Below, piece after piece: positions 49,957 through 64,000 of a DNA stretch of 64,000 bases. Under the pieces are notes generated by a model. That model worked only from the letters and a program-made list of their open reading frames with translations. It did no database searches and was not told the origin of the DNA. Position numbers and translations under genes: made by a program. Source of the DNA: Squalus acanthias (lineage: Eukaryota); assembly GCA_030390025.1 (NCBI GenBank), contig CM059432.1, positions 84,880,001-84,944,000 of the forward strand, in the 5' to 3' direction. Position 1 is the first letter of the stretch; every line of letters starts with the position of its first letter.

Positions 49957-52034
49957 CTGGAAAAGGAAACAAAATACAATGTACTGCATGACCAGACATA
50001 CATCCTTCATTAGACAAGAGATTATGAAATTGTTCCTCAGATGATATGAGATCATTAATGAGCTCTATTGTTTTCCAGGACAGTTATTCCATACTCATAG
50101 AGACTAGATTCATTTTAGGGTACACCATTAATTATTTATATAAAAGCTATTTCATTCACATGAAATAACAGCAGGATAGTGAGCACAAAATGTATATACA
50201 CATAAAGGGCAGGAGTTGTTAATACTTCCAGTGCAATTCGCCCGAAATCGGCCAAACCAGCGCAAAAGATCGAAGAATTTTAAGCACAAATTACGTTCGT
50301 CACAAATCAAGTTTCCGCGATCTTCTGCGCTAGTTGAAAAAACATTGCATTAGAATCCGGGTCCACCCACAAACCTGGCCACGCCCTCAGATCGAATGAA
50401 TCACCATTGCAAGTGTTCGCTAATTGCGCCCGTTTGCGGGCCTTCGAGGAGGCTCTTAAAATTAAGCTGTTTTTGTTAGGCGCAAGGACACGAATAGGCA
50501 GGTTTTAAGAGCTTTTGAATTTTTTTTTAATTTACTAAGAAACTGAGGGATAAAAATTGGGTAGCATCCCCTTCAAAGCAAACATTTTTCTTTAAAAAAT
50601 TACGTTCTAAAATGCTGCCCAATTGCACTGGTTTGTTGAAGATTTTACATTCGGCGATATGCAAATGAGCTTGAGTGGAAACTTGAGTAAAAAAATTTTC
50701 TCAAAACAAGCGCAATTTTGGGCACAATTTGCGCCTAGATCACCGATTGGGCCCAAAGCGGAAACTCTAACCCAAACTGTATTTCTCAGTGAGCACCTTG
50801 TAAAGGACGTTAATTAATACAATGGCCAGGCTTGTGTCTGTGAACGAGTGCTCATTAGCTTCGTACTTGTTCGTCCAACAAAGCAACACAACCAGAGAGG
50901 TTCAGAGGTCTGCACTGAGATTCTGTGACTAACTTCTAAATTATTTGTAGTTTTTTAAATAAATCTACAGTCATCTTTCTGATGTAAGGATTTGCCCTAT
51001 TGTCAATTTCAAAATAAAGGGGCCATCATGTTACAGCAAATCAGGTTGTAGTAACATTCTTCAAAAACTGCAGAGAGTTGGGGGCATCCCGGGTCTGTCA
51101 TTCCTCTTTTACTGAAAAATGTAACAAATCCTTTTTCTTCCCCCATAATTAATGAACTGTTATAAACTGCAGCTTTGAGCTCTGCAATTTCTGAGAATAT
51201 AATTTCATCAGTGTGGCAATGATAAGTAGCAGGCAACCACTATGCACCTCCAATAATACAGTGGTAATGATTTTCAATTTGCTGATGAATTACTTAACGA
51301 GAATCATTTTCAAAAAAAATTGATAATCCATCTGCACTAATGCTCTGAGAAAATTCCTCTGAATGATTTACTTCTCTCACAGCTGTGGAGATCCTTTGGC
51401 ACCTTTCCTTCATTTAACTCACTAACCTCAGGTCTGACCTACAGTAAAATATATACATTTTAATTCGACTCTTCAGCTGTGGAATGCTGCATGAGTTTAT
51501 AATTAATGATCTTAAAAAAGTCTTAACGCATAAAGAAACAAACTTCTTCTCACTTTTGGCTAAGGTATTTTATTCCTTTTCGGGGGGTATGAATGCTTAG
51601 ATCAACATTAAACATGCATAACTGGCCCGCGGCATTTTCTATTGACATTTTATTACTTCCTATACTCTAAAACTGGCAAAAAGAGGATTGTCAGGGGGTA
51701 ATTTTGGAATTGAAAATCAGGAGTGATGTATAATGGGCGGCTGAATCGATATCGTCTGTTTTACACTATCACCCAAAGTGAAAATTACCCCCGAGAGAGA
51801 AGGAAATAGAAAATTTGATAGTAGAACTAATTGCAAAGGATTAAATTGGACACATGCAATCATGAGAGAGGCGCACTAATGGTCCAACATTCCCACATTG
51901 TTAACAGTCAAAACAGCATCCAAAATACAACTGATTGGAAAAAGAATCTTCAATTATCAAAAACTGAAAACCTTCTGAGTGCTCCAGCTCAGCTCAATTC
52001 AAATACCATTTTAGATTATGAAAGCTCGCATCTG

Positions 52035-53531
52035 AGTCTAACATCTGTGGTGGGTAAAATTTTGGAGTCTATTATTAAGGAGACAGTAACGGAACATTTA
52101 GATGAACATAATTTAATAGGACAAAGTCAGCATGGCTTTATGAAGGGGAAGTCATGTCTGACAAATTTGCTTGAGTTCTTTGAGGACATAACGTACAGGG
52201 TGGATAAAGGGGAACCAATGGACGTAGTGTATTTAGACTTCCAGAAGGCATTCGACAAGGTGCCACATAAAAGATTATTGCTCAAGATAAAAAATCACTG
52301 GATTGGGGGGAATATTCTGGTATGGGTGGAGGATTGGTTATCTAACAGGAAGCAGAGAGTTGGGATAAATGGTTCATTCTCGGACTGGCAACCAGTAGCC
52401 AGTGGTGTTCCGCAGGGGTCGGTGCTGGGTCCCCAACTCTTTACAATCTATATTAACGATTTGGAGGAGGGGACCGAGTGTAACATATCAAAGTTTGCAG
52501 ATGATACAAAGATGGGAGGGAAAGTAGAAAGTGAGGAGGACATAAAAAACCTACAAGGGGATATAGACAAGCTGGGTGAGTGGGCGGAGATTTGGCAGAT
52601 GCAATACAATATTGGAAAATGTGAGGTTATGCACTTTGGCAGGAAAAATCAGAGAGCAAGTTATTATCTTAATGGCGAGAAACTGGAAAGTACTGCAGTA
52701 CAAAGGGATCTGGGGGTCCTAGTGCAAGAAAATCAAAAAGTTAGTATGCAGGTGCAGCAGGTGATCAAGAAAGCCAATGGAATGTTGGCTTTTATTGCTA
52801 GGGGGATAGATTATAAAAACAGGGAGGTATTGCTGCAGTTATATAAGGTATTGGTGAGACCGCATCTGGAATACTGCATACAGTTTTGGTGTCCATACTT
52901 AAGAAAAGACATACTTGCTCTCGCGGCAGTACAAAGAAGGTTCACTCGGTTAATCCCCGGGATGAGGGGGTGGACATACAAGGAGAGGTTGAGTAGATTG
53001 GGACTCTACTCATTGGAGTTCAGAAGAGTGAGAGGCGATCTCATTGAAACATATAAGATTGTGAAGGGGCTTGATCGGGTGGATGCGGTAAGGATGTTCC
53101 CAAGGATGGGTGAAACTAGAACTAGGGGGCATAATCTTAGAATAAGGGGCTGCTCTTTCAAAACTGAGATGAGGAGAAACTTCTTCACTCAGAGGGTAGT
53201 AGGTCTGTGGAATTTGCTGCCCCAGGAAGCTGTGAAAGCTACATCATTAAATAAATTTAAAACAGAAATAGACAGTTTCCTAGAAGTAAAGGGAATTAGG
53301 GGTTATGGGGAACGGGCAGGAAATTGGACATGAGGCTGAGTTCGGATCGGTCGAGGCCCTGTGGGTGGCGTAGCGGGCCCAGGGGCTGAGTGGCCGGGTC
53401 CTGCTCCTACTTCTTGTGTTCTTTAGATTTAAGGTGAGGATCAGATCAGCCATGATCTTATTGAATGGCGGAGCAGGCTCGAAGGGCCGATTGGCCTACT
53501 CCTGCTCCTATTTCTTATGTTCTTATGTTCT
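52035..53531 (+). mobile_element. 5'-truncated CR1 LINE with an intact RT frame and a double 3' tail
   Basis: Homology begins at SLTSVVGK, FADD intact, stop at 53333, (ttcttatg)n tail. Confidence 0.95.
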
Positions 53532-55948
53532 TATATTAGATATATACACTGTATTGGAAACTAACCCAATATCACCGATAATTCAGATATTACTGCAGCA
53601 AATGACTTTCTTACAAATGCATTTCTGCACGTGTTATAGTCAAGAATCAAAGCCAATTGAATGTCAACAGAACTGTCCACAGGCTGCTTGTTTGTTCTCA
53701 GTGTTACACTGTCAATATATAAAAATGACTTTAACCGTTAAAGTCATTGGCATGAGAACTCAACTCAATTTAGTGTGCCCTGCAAAATGTTAGAGGTAAT
53801 AAATCCCATAGATTACAAACATGAATGTGCACAAGTACGACACGGTGCTAGGTGCATGACCTTACTGAATAGACACAAACTGATGCTCCATCAGCATAAA
53901 AGTAATGTAAAATCATTAACTGAAAATATGCGCTGTCACTTTTATAAGGTGGCATCCATGGCACCTGCATTGTCAGGAATAACTGTGTCTGTTCGAAATA
54001 AGCCCAACTCCTGATCACTGACCCTCTGGTAGATTAGAACCATGTTTGTTACCCTTTTTCTTCTCTCCAATCCTATCCTCTCCAGCTGACTCACTGGTCT
54101 GTTTGGATCGATTTTAACTCAGGGCAGAATCGGTACGTGGGGGGTCAGAGAATGGAGCAAGGCCTGGCTAATTTTAACAGCTGGGCCTCATTTTAATATT
54201 GGACATCTGGCTCCTGGCCAAAGCAGGTGGAAATTACGTCAAGGCCAGCAGGCGGGAGCTGGATGGCATCAGGGACCCAAAGGAACAGTCCTTGGCATTA
54301 GGTACTTGTGGGAGTTTGCAGAGCTGATGGCTGTTGGGAGAGGGAGAGGCAAGATCAAGGCAGAGGAGGCCAAAGGATTCCTTGTGGGGCGCAGAGGAGC
54401 ACTCACGCTCATCTTGGTCCCCATGGAATCTTTCCAAAAGTTAAAAAACTTAACTTACCTTGATTTCTTCTGGCCACTCTTCTGTCTCCCGCCAGGTTTG
54501 CCTCCCCTTGATTTGCAGCAAAATTAACAGTACCAATGACATCATCATCCGCAACTATAATATTTCAATTAGGCCCCAGCCTGCTTACAGCAAGAGCCTC
54601 AGCTGACTTGAAAGCTGGCGAAGAAAAAATGGCATCGGGCAGGAAGGGAGCAACCTCCGGCCGATAAGTCAACTCACCTAATTTTAACCCCGCCCTTGCT
54701 CTGTTCCTGCCCAGCAGAGGGCAGTTTAAATCAACCTCACTGTTTCATAGGGAGCATAGTTCTTCAATATCACCACCAAATGGCCGTTAATACGTGTATC
54801 CTTCTACAGCGAGTACTGGCAAACGATTCAACAAAGGAGGGCATCACAGCTGAGTACCATTTGAGAAGGGCCACCAGAAGGCAGTTACACATCGGTATAT
54901 TCATTAAGGGCCATTGGATAGTGAGCAGGAGCAGGAACCCTAACTGATATTAATTTTGCTAACCCTGAAGCACAATGGCCAATGGTAGCCTCCTACCACT
55001 GCCCTGCCTGAAATCAGCACAGGCTGGGGATCGAATCCATGATGTTGAATGACCTCGTCAGGAGTTTACAATGGTTAATTTTAACTATTTTGGTCTTGAT
55101 ATACTCGTATCATTTTTACTACAGTTTACTATACCTTTTTTACAGACTGATTCCAATGCCATGCTATTTATAATGTAAACTATGCAAGGGGTGGCTCTCA
55201 GTTCGAAATTTCATTTGATGAGAGTGTTGATTGGAGAATACTCTGCAGTCCCCTCAAGGGAACCGTGGAATTCTGAGAACAACGCAAGGTTGGTGGAGAT
55301 CCAGAATCCCAAGTCTCCACCCTTTTCCTTTTCTTGGCACCTGAAAACAAAGTGTTCCCCAGACTCTAAGGAAGGAAAATATGCACCCAATTTGTGGAAG
55401 TCTTAATTTTCCAATAATTAATTCCATGGCCTCTGCACCCAAATTGCCAATTTGTCCTCCCACCACACGAGGCTCTGTGGTAGGAGGACAACCACCAAAA
55501 ATTATCTTTGTTATCTCTTTACAGGCTGAATCCAACAGCAGGTGAGGTTTGTGTCTTTACAGATTAAATCTGCTGACCTATGACTTTCCTCTGCTTACCA
55601 TTTGATAAATGCTCAGTTGCCAGGCACAGAGCAGAGTTAAAGCAAAGGTTACCTTTGCATTTCTCTGGAACCAGGATGCTGCTTGGCGCTAGCTTTCGCT
55701 GGCAGGTCTGTGACTGCAACCCTAAGTCGGCCTACAGTTAAAACGTCATTTAAATTAGGCCTCCACCCCCTGGGCAGGCAGATTTCCCGTGCCTCACTTC
55801 GGGTAAGTTAAGACGTTGAGCGGCGGAAACGCATAACCTGCCGGGTTAGGGTGTTAAAATACCCCCTTATAAATTAGTGTGCTTTATAGCATAATCGTAT
55901 GTAAACAGTGTATGTTTTCTTACATTTTATCATCTAATTACTACTTGC

Positions 55949-56111
55949 CTTCAAAGTCAGCATGTTTGGTGATCAATGTCAAGATGCTATGGTTACCGGC
56001 TCCAGCAGCGTGGTGCAGTGGGGTGGATATATGTTCATCCATTCTGCTGAGGCAGTCAAGGTCTTCCTCCATTAACTTTTCAATTAGTGTTATATCACCA
56101 TTGTCAACTAG
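55949..56111 (-). CDS. TRPA1: TRPA1 exon 2 (LVDNGDITLIEKL...STPLHHAAGAGNHSILTLITKHADFE)
   Basis: Acceptor tctcttag, ankyrin motif TPLHHAA, 163 nt. The donor AAG|GCAAGT gives the phase 1 required by exon 3. Confidence 0.88.
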
Positions 56112-56307
56112 CTAAGAGATAAAATTAAACTTCAAAATTACCCATTTCCACAAGAATAGATACAATTTTTCACTTCTTGGTGAGGTGTTAAATATCTGAT
56201 GAGGTTATATAGATGTATTTATGTTTTATTTTAGCAAAAAAGAAATGTCATATTTCACAGACAATAATTTAGTATTTTTTTCTTCAAACACCGCATTTCA
56301 TACTTAC

Positions 56308-56424
56308 TTTAAATATGTTTGCTCTGTTCTGTGAATTTAGTTCATGTGTCCTTTGTGCTGATGAATAAACACTATTATTTTGCTGTCTTCTTTTGAAAAG
56401 ATTTTTCATTGCAGATTTTTTCAT
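56308..56424 (-). CDS. TRPA1: TRPA1 coding exon 1 (MKKSAMKNLFKRRQQNNSVYSSAQRTHELNSQNRANIFK)
   Basis: ATG at 56424 (second in-frame ATG at 56409), 117 nt open, GTAAGT donor, phase 0 into the next exon. A possible upstream acceptor at 56506 suggests a further non-coding exon. Confidence 0.75.
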
Positions 56425-58159
56425 CACTCCTCTGCCAATAATTTGCCTTGCTATCCCAAGCACAATTTAATTTACTTTTAAACATACATTTACACAGTCT
56501 CGATCCTGAAAAACAACAGAAAGCACTCTAAAAAAATTAATAAAGCACACAGAAGTTTGTTAATTTGACAGTAATTATGACGAGCATTTGTGGAAGTACC
56601 ATCATCAATTCGTTGATGTATCCTGCAAAAATATGTTGGGAAATCTATTGAAATAATAGCCCAAAAATTGCTGTGGCAGGCCAATGAATGATGCCCACTG
56701 TTAGTTAGACTTGCCCTTGCCCGTTTAATCTCCATGATATTTTGCGTAGCAAGTTGTTGGAATGGCAAGATGGAAATGGTGCAGCGAGCTATACAGGGCA
56801 TCTGGGATCTGAGTGAACAGGGCAAGCAACTGTATCTCCTTAACCAATCAGATTGAAGGATTGTAAAATTAGCAGCGCAAAGATTGAACAAGGAAATGTA
56901 ACTTAGAATAGTGAATTCAATATAAAATCAGTTACAGAAAGAGAAATAAAGAGAGGGAAAGAAGGATTGGATTAAGAGAGAGGAAAAAAAAGAGACAGAA
57001 AGAAAATGTTTAAAAATATCAAAACGATTAAAACCTGAAGGAATGAGACTCCACACTTTTTAGTTAATTTTCAGGGCCAGAGAGGTTAACTGGCAGTAAT
57101 TAATACTTAAAAGGGTAATTAGCCTTGAAATGATTTGACTTAACTTTCTGTAGCGAGTTTAATTCGTATCTACTGCACAAGTACAGGAACTTCACACTGC
57201 TCAATGCATTTGAATAGGGAACCAGACAGCAAGATGCTGTTTTTACGAAGCTAACAGTGGAGCGGCGCATCTCCGACAGCTACTTTTTCGATTTCCACAT
57301 TTAATAGCATATCTGCTCTCGCCTGAAGTTGCTGTAGCATTTGCACATAAATAACGGCCAGCACTATTAGCCTCACCGTTACTTTTGAATGCAATTTTTG
57401 GGCCAATATTTATGCAGGCAAAAGATACTAATCTTCCTTCTCTTGCCATACACCTGTCTCATTTTGTTTCCATGTAGTAATAAGGTAAGCTTTGTTTTAG
57501 CAAAAATGCAGGAAAGCATTGTTCCATTGCTCCCATGACATGACATGATCTGATCTCATGGATCAAACATCTTGGTTCATCCTTACTATTCCTGTACGTC
57601 CTGCCTATTGTATATTTTCCCATGTAGCTATGACTGTAAGCATAGAATTTCTTTTCTTTTATCTTTTTCTGTATTTCTTTTCTCATCTCTTCTGGTTCTC
57701 TGCTTCTTTGCTTTTCATGGATGGACAAAAGGGCTGAATTCCAGAGTTGAGGTGAAAGTGACTGCCCTTGACATCAAGGCAGCAATTGAGTGAGTGTGGT
57801 ATCGAGGAGCCCTAGTAAAATTGAAGTCAATGGGAAGCAGGGGGAACACTCTCCACTGGCTGGAGTCAAACCTAGCACAAAGGAAGATGGTTGTGGTTGT
57901 TGGAGGCCAATCATCTCCGCCCCAGGACATCGCTGCAGGAGTTCCTCAGGGCAGTGTCCTAGGCCCAACTATCTTCTTCAGCTGCTTCATCAATGAGTTT
58001 CCCTCTATCGTAAGGTCTGTTCACTGATGATTACACAGTGTTCAGCTCCATTCACAATTCCTCAGATAATGCCCACATGCAGCAAGACCTCGACAACATC
58101 CAGGCTTGGGCTGATAAGTGGAAAGTAACATTCTCACTATACAAGTGCCAGGCAGTGAC

Positions 58160-58900
58160 CAAGGCTGGGGCTCTTTTCTCAAGAAAAGAGAAGGCTGAGG
58201 AGTGACTGAATAAAGATCTTTCAAATTATGAAGGGAATTGATAGACTAAACGTAGAGAAGATGTTTCCACTTCTGGAGGAGTCCAAAACTAGGGGTCATA
58301 AATATAAGATAGTCACTAATAAATACAATAAAGGAATTCAGGAGAAACATTCTTTACCCAGAGAGTAGTTAGAATGTGGAACTTGCTACTTCACGCAGTA
58401 ATTGAGGTGAATAGCATAGATGCCTTTAAGGGGAAGTTAGCTGAGTACATGAAGGTGAAAGGAATAGAAGAATAGAAAGGATATGCTGATGGGGTTAGAT
58501 GAATTTATTACATAAATTTAAAACCGAAATAGACAGTTTCCTAGAAGTAAAGGGAATTAAGGGTTACGGGGAGCGGGCAGGAATTTGGACATGAGTCTAG
58601 GTTCGGATCGGTCATGGCCCAGGGGCCGTGTAGCCTGATCCTGCTCCTATTTCGTGTGTCCAATTCTGTTGGGTTCAGGAGATGGTTCTGTGACAGTAGA
58701 TTGGCGGTTAGGATCAGATCAGCCAGATCTTATTGAATGGCGGAGCAGGCTCGAGGGGCCAATTGGCCTACTCCTGCTCCTATTTCTTATGTTCTTATGA
58801 AGGAGGGTGGAAGGAGGCTCGTGTGGAGCATAAACACTGGCATAGATCAGTTGGGCCGAATGGCCTGTTTCTGTGCTGTATATTCTATGTAATTTTATGT
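58160..58900 (+). mobile_element. CR1 3' fragment containing a second CR1 3' fragment (~58505-58799), nested inside another LINE
   Basis: The host LINE breaks at gtgacca| and resumes at tctccaa. The inner fragment resembles 53250-53531. Confidence 0.8.
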
Positions 58901-60009
58901 AATCTCCAAAAAGAGAGAGTCTAAGCACCTCCCCATGTCATTCAATGGCATTGTCATCACCGAATCCACCACCATCAACATCCTGGGGATCACTATTGAC
59001 CAGAAACTCAACTGGACCAGCCAGATTAATGCTGTTGATAATATATATCAGGTCAGAGGCTAGGTATTTTGTGTCAAGTGGCTCACCTCCTGACTCCCTG
59101 AAGCCTCTCCAACACCTACAAGGCACAAGTCAGGAGTCCAGTGGAATATTTTCCACTTGCCTGGATGGATGCAGCTGCAACAACATTTGAGAAGCTCAAC
59201 ACCATCCAGGACAAAGCATTTTGCTTGATCGGATGCCCATCCACCACCTTAAACATTCACTCCCTCCACCATCAGCGCACAGTGGCTGCAGCATGTACTA
59301 TCTATAGGATGCACTGCAGCAACTCGCCAAGGCTTCTCCGATAGCACCTCCCAAACCCACAACCTCCACCACCTAGAAGGACAAGGGCAGCAGGTGCATG
59401 GGAACACCATCACCTCCAAGTTCCCCTCCAAGTCACACACCATCCCAACTTGGAAATATATCGCCGTTAGTTCATCGTTGCTGGGTCAAAATCCTGGAAC
59501 TCCCCACTATGGGTGTACCTTCACCACACGGACTGCAGCGATTCAAGAAGGCAGCTCACCACCACCTTCTCAAGGACAACTAGGGATGGACAATAAATTC
59601 TAGCGTTGCCCGCGACGCCCACATCAAGAATGAATTAAAAAAGCTTTTTTTTTTAATTTGTTGGTGGGGGGGAGGGGGGAAGTGTGGGCGATTAGGGTTG
59701 CCAACTCTGGTTGAACATATTTCTGGAGGTTGGATCATGCGATATTTAATCACTTGACATTTGGGCTGGGGAATAAGTAGAGTGAGAGACCAAACCCTTA
59801 TGATCTAGAATTTAGGAGAGGAAAGCAATAAACATTGGAGTAAGAATAGGAGCCTGAAAATCAGTGATGTTGCAAAAGCTCCAGGACAAAAGTAGTATTC
59901 TGTACTAGTAGTAAATACCAGCAGCTTGTCAGACCAAATCATCAAACCCAGAGTCTGAACAATCATGACCAAAATTCTATTGATATATTGAGGTTTTAAT
60001 TCACTTCAC

Positions 60010-61660
60010 TTCACTTCAACAACAAGTGAAAAGAGCCCATGGACTTCTTTGTCTCTAAGATTGAGACCATCCGTTCAGCTGCCTCTGCCACTTCCCTTCC
60101 TTCCCCTAGCCTACCGGGCCAAAATTCCTCTAAGGTTCCCCCCTTGCCCTAGCCCTGAACTCACATCTTTCTCCAGTTTCTCTCTAATCTCTCCTCATGA
60201 CCTCTCCGCACTCATCTTGTCCATGAGACCCATTTCCTGCTCCCTCGACCCTATTCCCACCAAACTGCTGACCACCCAACTTCCTTTTCTGGCTCCCATG
60301 TTAGCTGACATGGTTAACGGTTCTCTCTCCTCAGGTACTGTCCCCCTCTCCCTCAAATGTACTGTCATCACCCCTCTCCTCAAAAAAACAACCCTTGACC
60401 CCTCCGTCCTTGCAAACTACCACCCCATCTCCAACCTCCCTTTCCTCTCAAGTCCTTGAATGTGTTGTCACCTCACAAATCCGTGCCCATCTTTCCCGCA
60501 ACTCCATGTTTGAATCCCTCCAATCAGGATTCTGCCCTTGCCACAGTACCAAAACGGCTCCCATCAAAGTCACAAATGACATCCTTTGTGACTGTGACAA
60601 AGGTAAAACTATCCCTCCTCGTCCTTCTTGACTTATCTGCAGCCTTTGACACAGTTGACCACTCCATCCTTCTCCAACGCCTCTCCACTGTCGTCCAGCT
60701 CGGTGGGACTGCACTCACCTGGTTCCATTCTTATCTTTCTAATCGTAGCCAGAGAATCACCTGCAACGGCTTCTTTTCCCATTCCCGCATCGTAACCTCT
60801 GGTGTCCCCCAAGGATCTATCCTTGGCTCCCTCTATTTCTCATCTACATGTTGCCCCTTGGCGTCATCATCCAAAAACACAGCGTCAGTTTCCACATGTA
60901 CGCTGACGACACCCAGCTCTACCTCACTACCTCTTCTCTCGACCCCTCCACAGTGTCTAAATTGTCAGACTGCTTGTCCGACATCCAGTTCTGGATGAGC
61001 AGAAATAATCTCCAATTAAATATTGGAAAGACCGAAGCCATTGTTTTCGGTCCCCGCCACAAACTCTGTTCCCTAGCCACTGACTCCATCCCTCTCCCTA
61101 ACATCTGTCTGAGGTTGAATCACACTGTTCGCAACCTTGGTGTCATCCAAAACTCGGCTGCCCATGTCCTAACTCGCACCAAGTCCCGTTCACCCATCAC
61201 CCCTGTGCTCACTGACCTACATTGGCTCCTGGTTAAGCAACGCCTCGATTTCAAAATTCTCATCCTTGTTTTTAAATCCTCCATGGCCTCACCCCTTCCT
61301 ATCTCTGTAATCTCCTTCGGCCCCACAACCCCCTGAGATATCTGCGCTCCTCTAATTTTGCCCTCTTGAGCATCCCTGATTATAATCGCTCAACTTTGGT
61401 GGCCTGTGCCTTCTGTTGCCTAGGCCCTAAGCGCTGGAATTCCCTGTCTAAACCTCTCCGCCTCTCTACCTCTCTTTCCTCCTTTAAGACGCTCCTTAAA
61501 ACCTACCTCTTTGACCAAGATTTTGGTCACCTGCCCTAATTTCTCCTTATGTGACTCGGTGTCAAATTTTTTGTCTTATAATACTCCTGTGAAGCGCTTT
61601 GGGACGTTTTACTACGTTAAAGGTGCTATATAAATACAGGTGGTGGTGGTTGTTGTTGTT
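60010..61660 (+). mobile_element. 5'-truncated L2 LINE
   Basis: [31 protein letters not shown], (TTG)n tail. Confidence 0.92.
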
Positions 61661-61915
61661 TCTTGGCTATATCCAATTTCTAGTCCAAAGCCTGTGCCTG
61701 ACATGACTGGGAATTAGACTGGACCTGATATTGGCCCAGCTGTTGAGCGGTAAGCCAATGAGCATCAGTTTTAGTGCTGAGATCAGCACCACAATCATGT
61801 TAATGAGGATTGAGCACAAATTTTGCATGCTACCTAGACCATTTTGACCCGGTGCAGCTTAACATCGTTGGGCCATGACACCGCCTGTTTTGTGGCCATA
61901 TCCAATTTTTAGCCC

Positions 61916-62660
61916 AATGGTTTTGGTCGTCCCAGTGTTTAGTTGGAGGAAGTTATAGCTCATTCAAAACTGGATGTTGGACAACCAATTTGAGAGTATA
62001 GAGCGAGTTGAAGGGTTAAGGAAGGTGTGGAAAGACAGAGCTGGGTGTCATCAGCATACATATGGAAGTTGACCTTTTGCTTTTGATGATAAACCAAGGA
62101 ACAGCATTTATATGAGGAAGCAGGGGGCCTCCAAAGGGTGGGAAGAAAAGCCATTGATACATCTGCTCTGGCTACAACAGGGCAGATAAGAATGGAACCA
62201 AGCAAGGGGAGTCCCATAGGGATGTTGGAGGAGGATCATGTGATTGACTTTGTTGAAAGCTGAAATGAGATCAAGGAAAATGAGGAGGGATAAGGCACCA
62301 CTGTCACAGTCAATAAGAATGTCATTTATCATTTTGATTAGGGCTGTTTCAGTGTTATGGAAGCGGCAGAAACCTGATTGGAGGGTTTCCCACAGGAGAG
62401 GTAACATTGTTGGGCCATGACACCGCCTGTTTTGTGGCCATATCCAATTTTTAGCCCAATGGTTTTGGTCGTCCCAGTGTTTAGTTGGAGGAAGTTATAG
62501 CTCATTCAAAACTGGATGTTGGACAATTAAGGACCTTGGAGACGAAAGAGGTTGTAGGTGGGACAGTAGTTAATGAGGACAGAGAGGTCATTGGTGGATT
62601 TTTTGAGGAGTGGGATGATGGTGGTGCTTTTGAATAGTTGTGTCTGAAGAGAGGAAACCA
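61916..62660 (-). mobile_element. Degenerate L2 fragment
   Basis: [26 protein letters not shown]. Confidence 0.8.
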
Positions 62661-64000
62661 TTAGCAATATCAGCTAAAATGTTCCTTTAAGAGGCCTCCT
62701 GGAGCTGCTGAGCTCCAAAAGGCCCTGTTGTGTTGTTTTTCTGGGCGAAGCTCATACTGTATCTCACCCAAACTCATAAAATTGGGCCAGTGCTGTTTAA
62801 AGTGCCATTTAATGAGATGTCCGCACACATCTGAACTGCTGGCCTCAAAACAGCCCCCAAATCTGTTCTTGCAACATTTTGTGCACCAGGACTTAGACAC
62901 ATTGCATCCTAATCCTAACCCCAATTCTGTGAATCCCACTGGCTACATGCAGGGCCCCACCAGCAGCTTGAAGCCTCACAAAATCAAGGTTATAAAACCC
63001 ACCTCTAAAAATCAGTATTTGATTCATCAATAGTTCAGGGCTCAGAAGGGTGCAGCATTTATCATGCTGTGTACATATAGAGTATCGACTTGTTCTACAG
63101 TCACAGCTGCTCTGTACAGAAGCAGGCAGATACTTATCTTTAGGGCCAGTAAAAGACTCTGCACACAGGCCAACCCAGTAAACTAGAAAAACTGACCAAA
63201 ACCTACAAATAAGCTTAGGTTTGCCCAAAATAGTTGACAGCTCAAAAACTAGCCTGAAAGTAGCCTAAGGACATGTGAAGGCCCATTTCTCAGTGTCAGC
63301 ATCATTTTCATATGGAGGGTGGGTGTCGGGGCCACTCGACGCATGCTCAGTTGGGTGGGGGTGGGGAGATGGCAAATTGCTGCAGCATTGTAGCATGGGC
63401 AATGGTGGTGGATCAAACTATTTTTAATTTAATTTAATAGTTCTTAATTAATTGCCTTAGAAAAAGCAGCCATTTTCATTCGAAAGAGACACAGGCCTGT
63501 CATAACTTAAGCTGTGGCTGCACTTCACAATGCAGATTGCAGGAATGACAAATTTCTAAAGGGCAATTTGAGTGCTGAAGGCATAAGATTTATTTCCCTG
63601 AGGGACCTGGGGAAAATCCTTGGAAATTTTAAAATTTTGACACTTTATTTGCTAGATTTTCAAGACATTTTAGAGCCTACTGTCGTGTTGCCCTTCAAAT
63701 CATTAAATAATTTAGTTTGGAAAGGGTACAAATATTTTATATATGAAAATAAAAGTAATTGTAGGAACTCCAATACAACTTTACCAGGCCTAGTTCTTTT
63801 CATTGGGAATCAAACCCCAAACATTATCATGTTTGTTTGTGAATTGAAACCTTTTACAACATGCCCGTACACTAATCCCAACCAACATTCTATGTTCACA
63901 AGACAAATATGGCTCACTGTCTCTTCCTGTTGCCATAATGCCCAAAGGGAGGAAAGTGGAGATTAGTTGAAATAAGAGTATGCCAATTTAATTGTTTTAA

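Noticed and set aside
51831..52034. Apparent novel N-terminus fused to a 500-aa CR1 RT ORF
   Set aside because: It starts at a non-ATG codon in flanking DNA that is open by chance. CR1 homology begins only at ~52035.

Overview
Vertebrate nuclear DNA, most likely from a cartilaginous fish (inferred from the repeat families). The minus strand carries the first 12 coding exons of a TRPA1 ion-channel gene (ankyrin-repeat N-terminus, about 513 codons, 56424 down to 8489). These splice into one open frame, one intron has a GC-AG donor, and the gene continues past the window start. The introns are dense with nested transposable elements: a full-length CR1 LINE with an esterase ORF1, truncated CR1/L2 LINEs, a full-length RTE, a Penelope element, a Gypsy LTR element with identical LTRs, Harbinger remnants and MITEs, Deu- and V-domain SINEs, and two minisatellites. 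The most unusual signals are: (1) the Gypsy element has no tRNA-type primer-binding site but has an 11-nt match to its own LTR; (2) a minimal hammerhead ribozyme lies in the Penelope 3' end, with a decayed copy in a fold-back element; (3) a 109-bp direct repeat encloses the RTE plus 2.1 kb of extra 5' sequence; (4) two templated copies of Harbinger ends include flanking DNA. Repeat boundaries were read by eye and are approximate unless a TSD or TIR is quoted.
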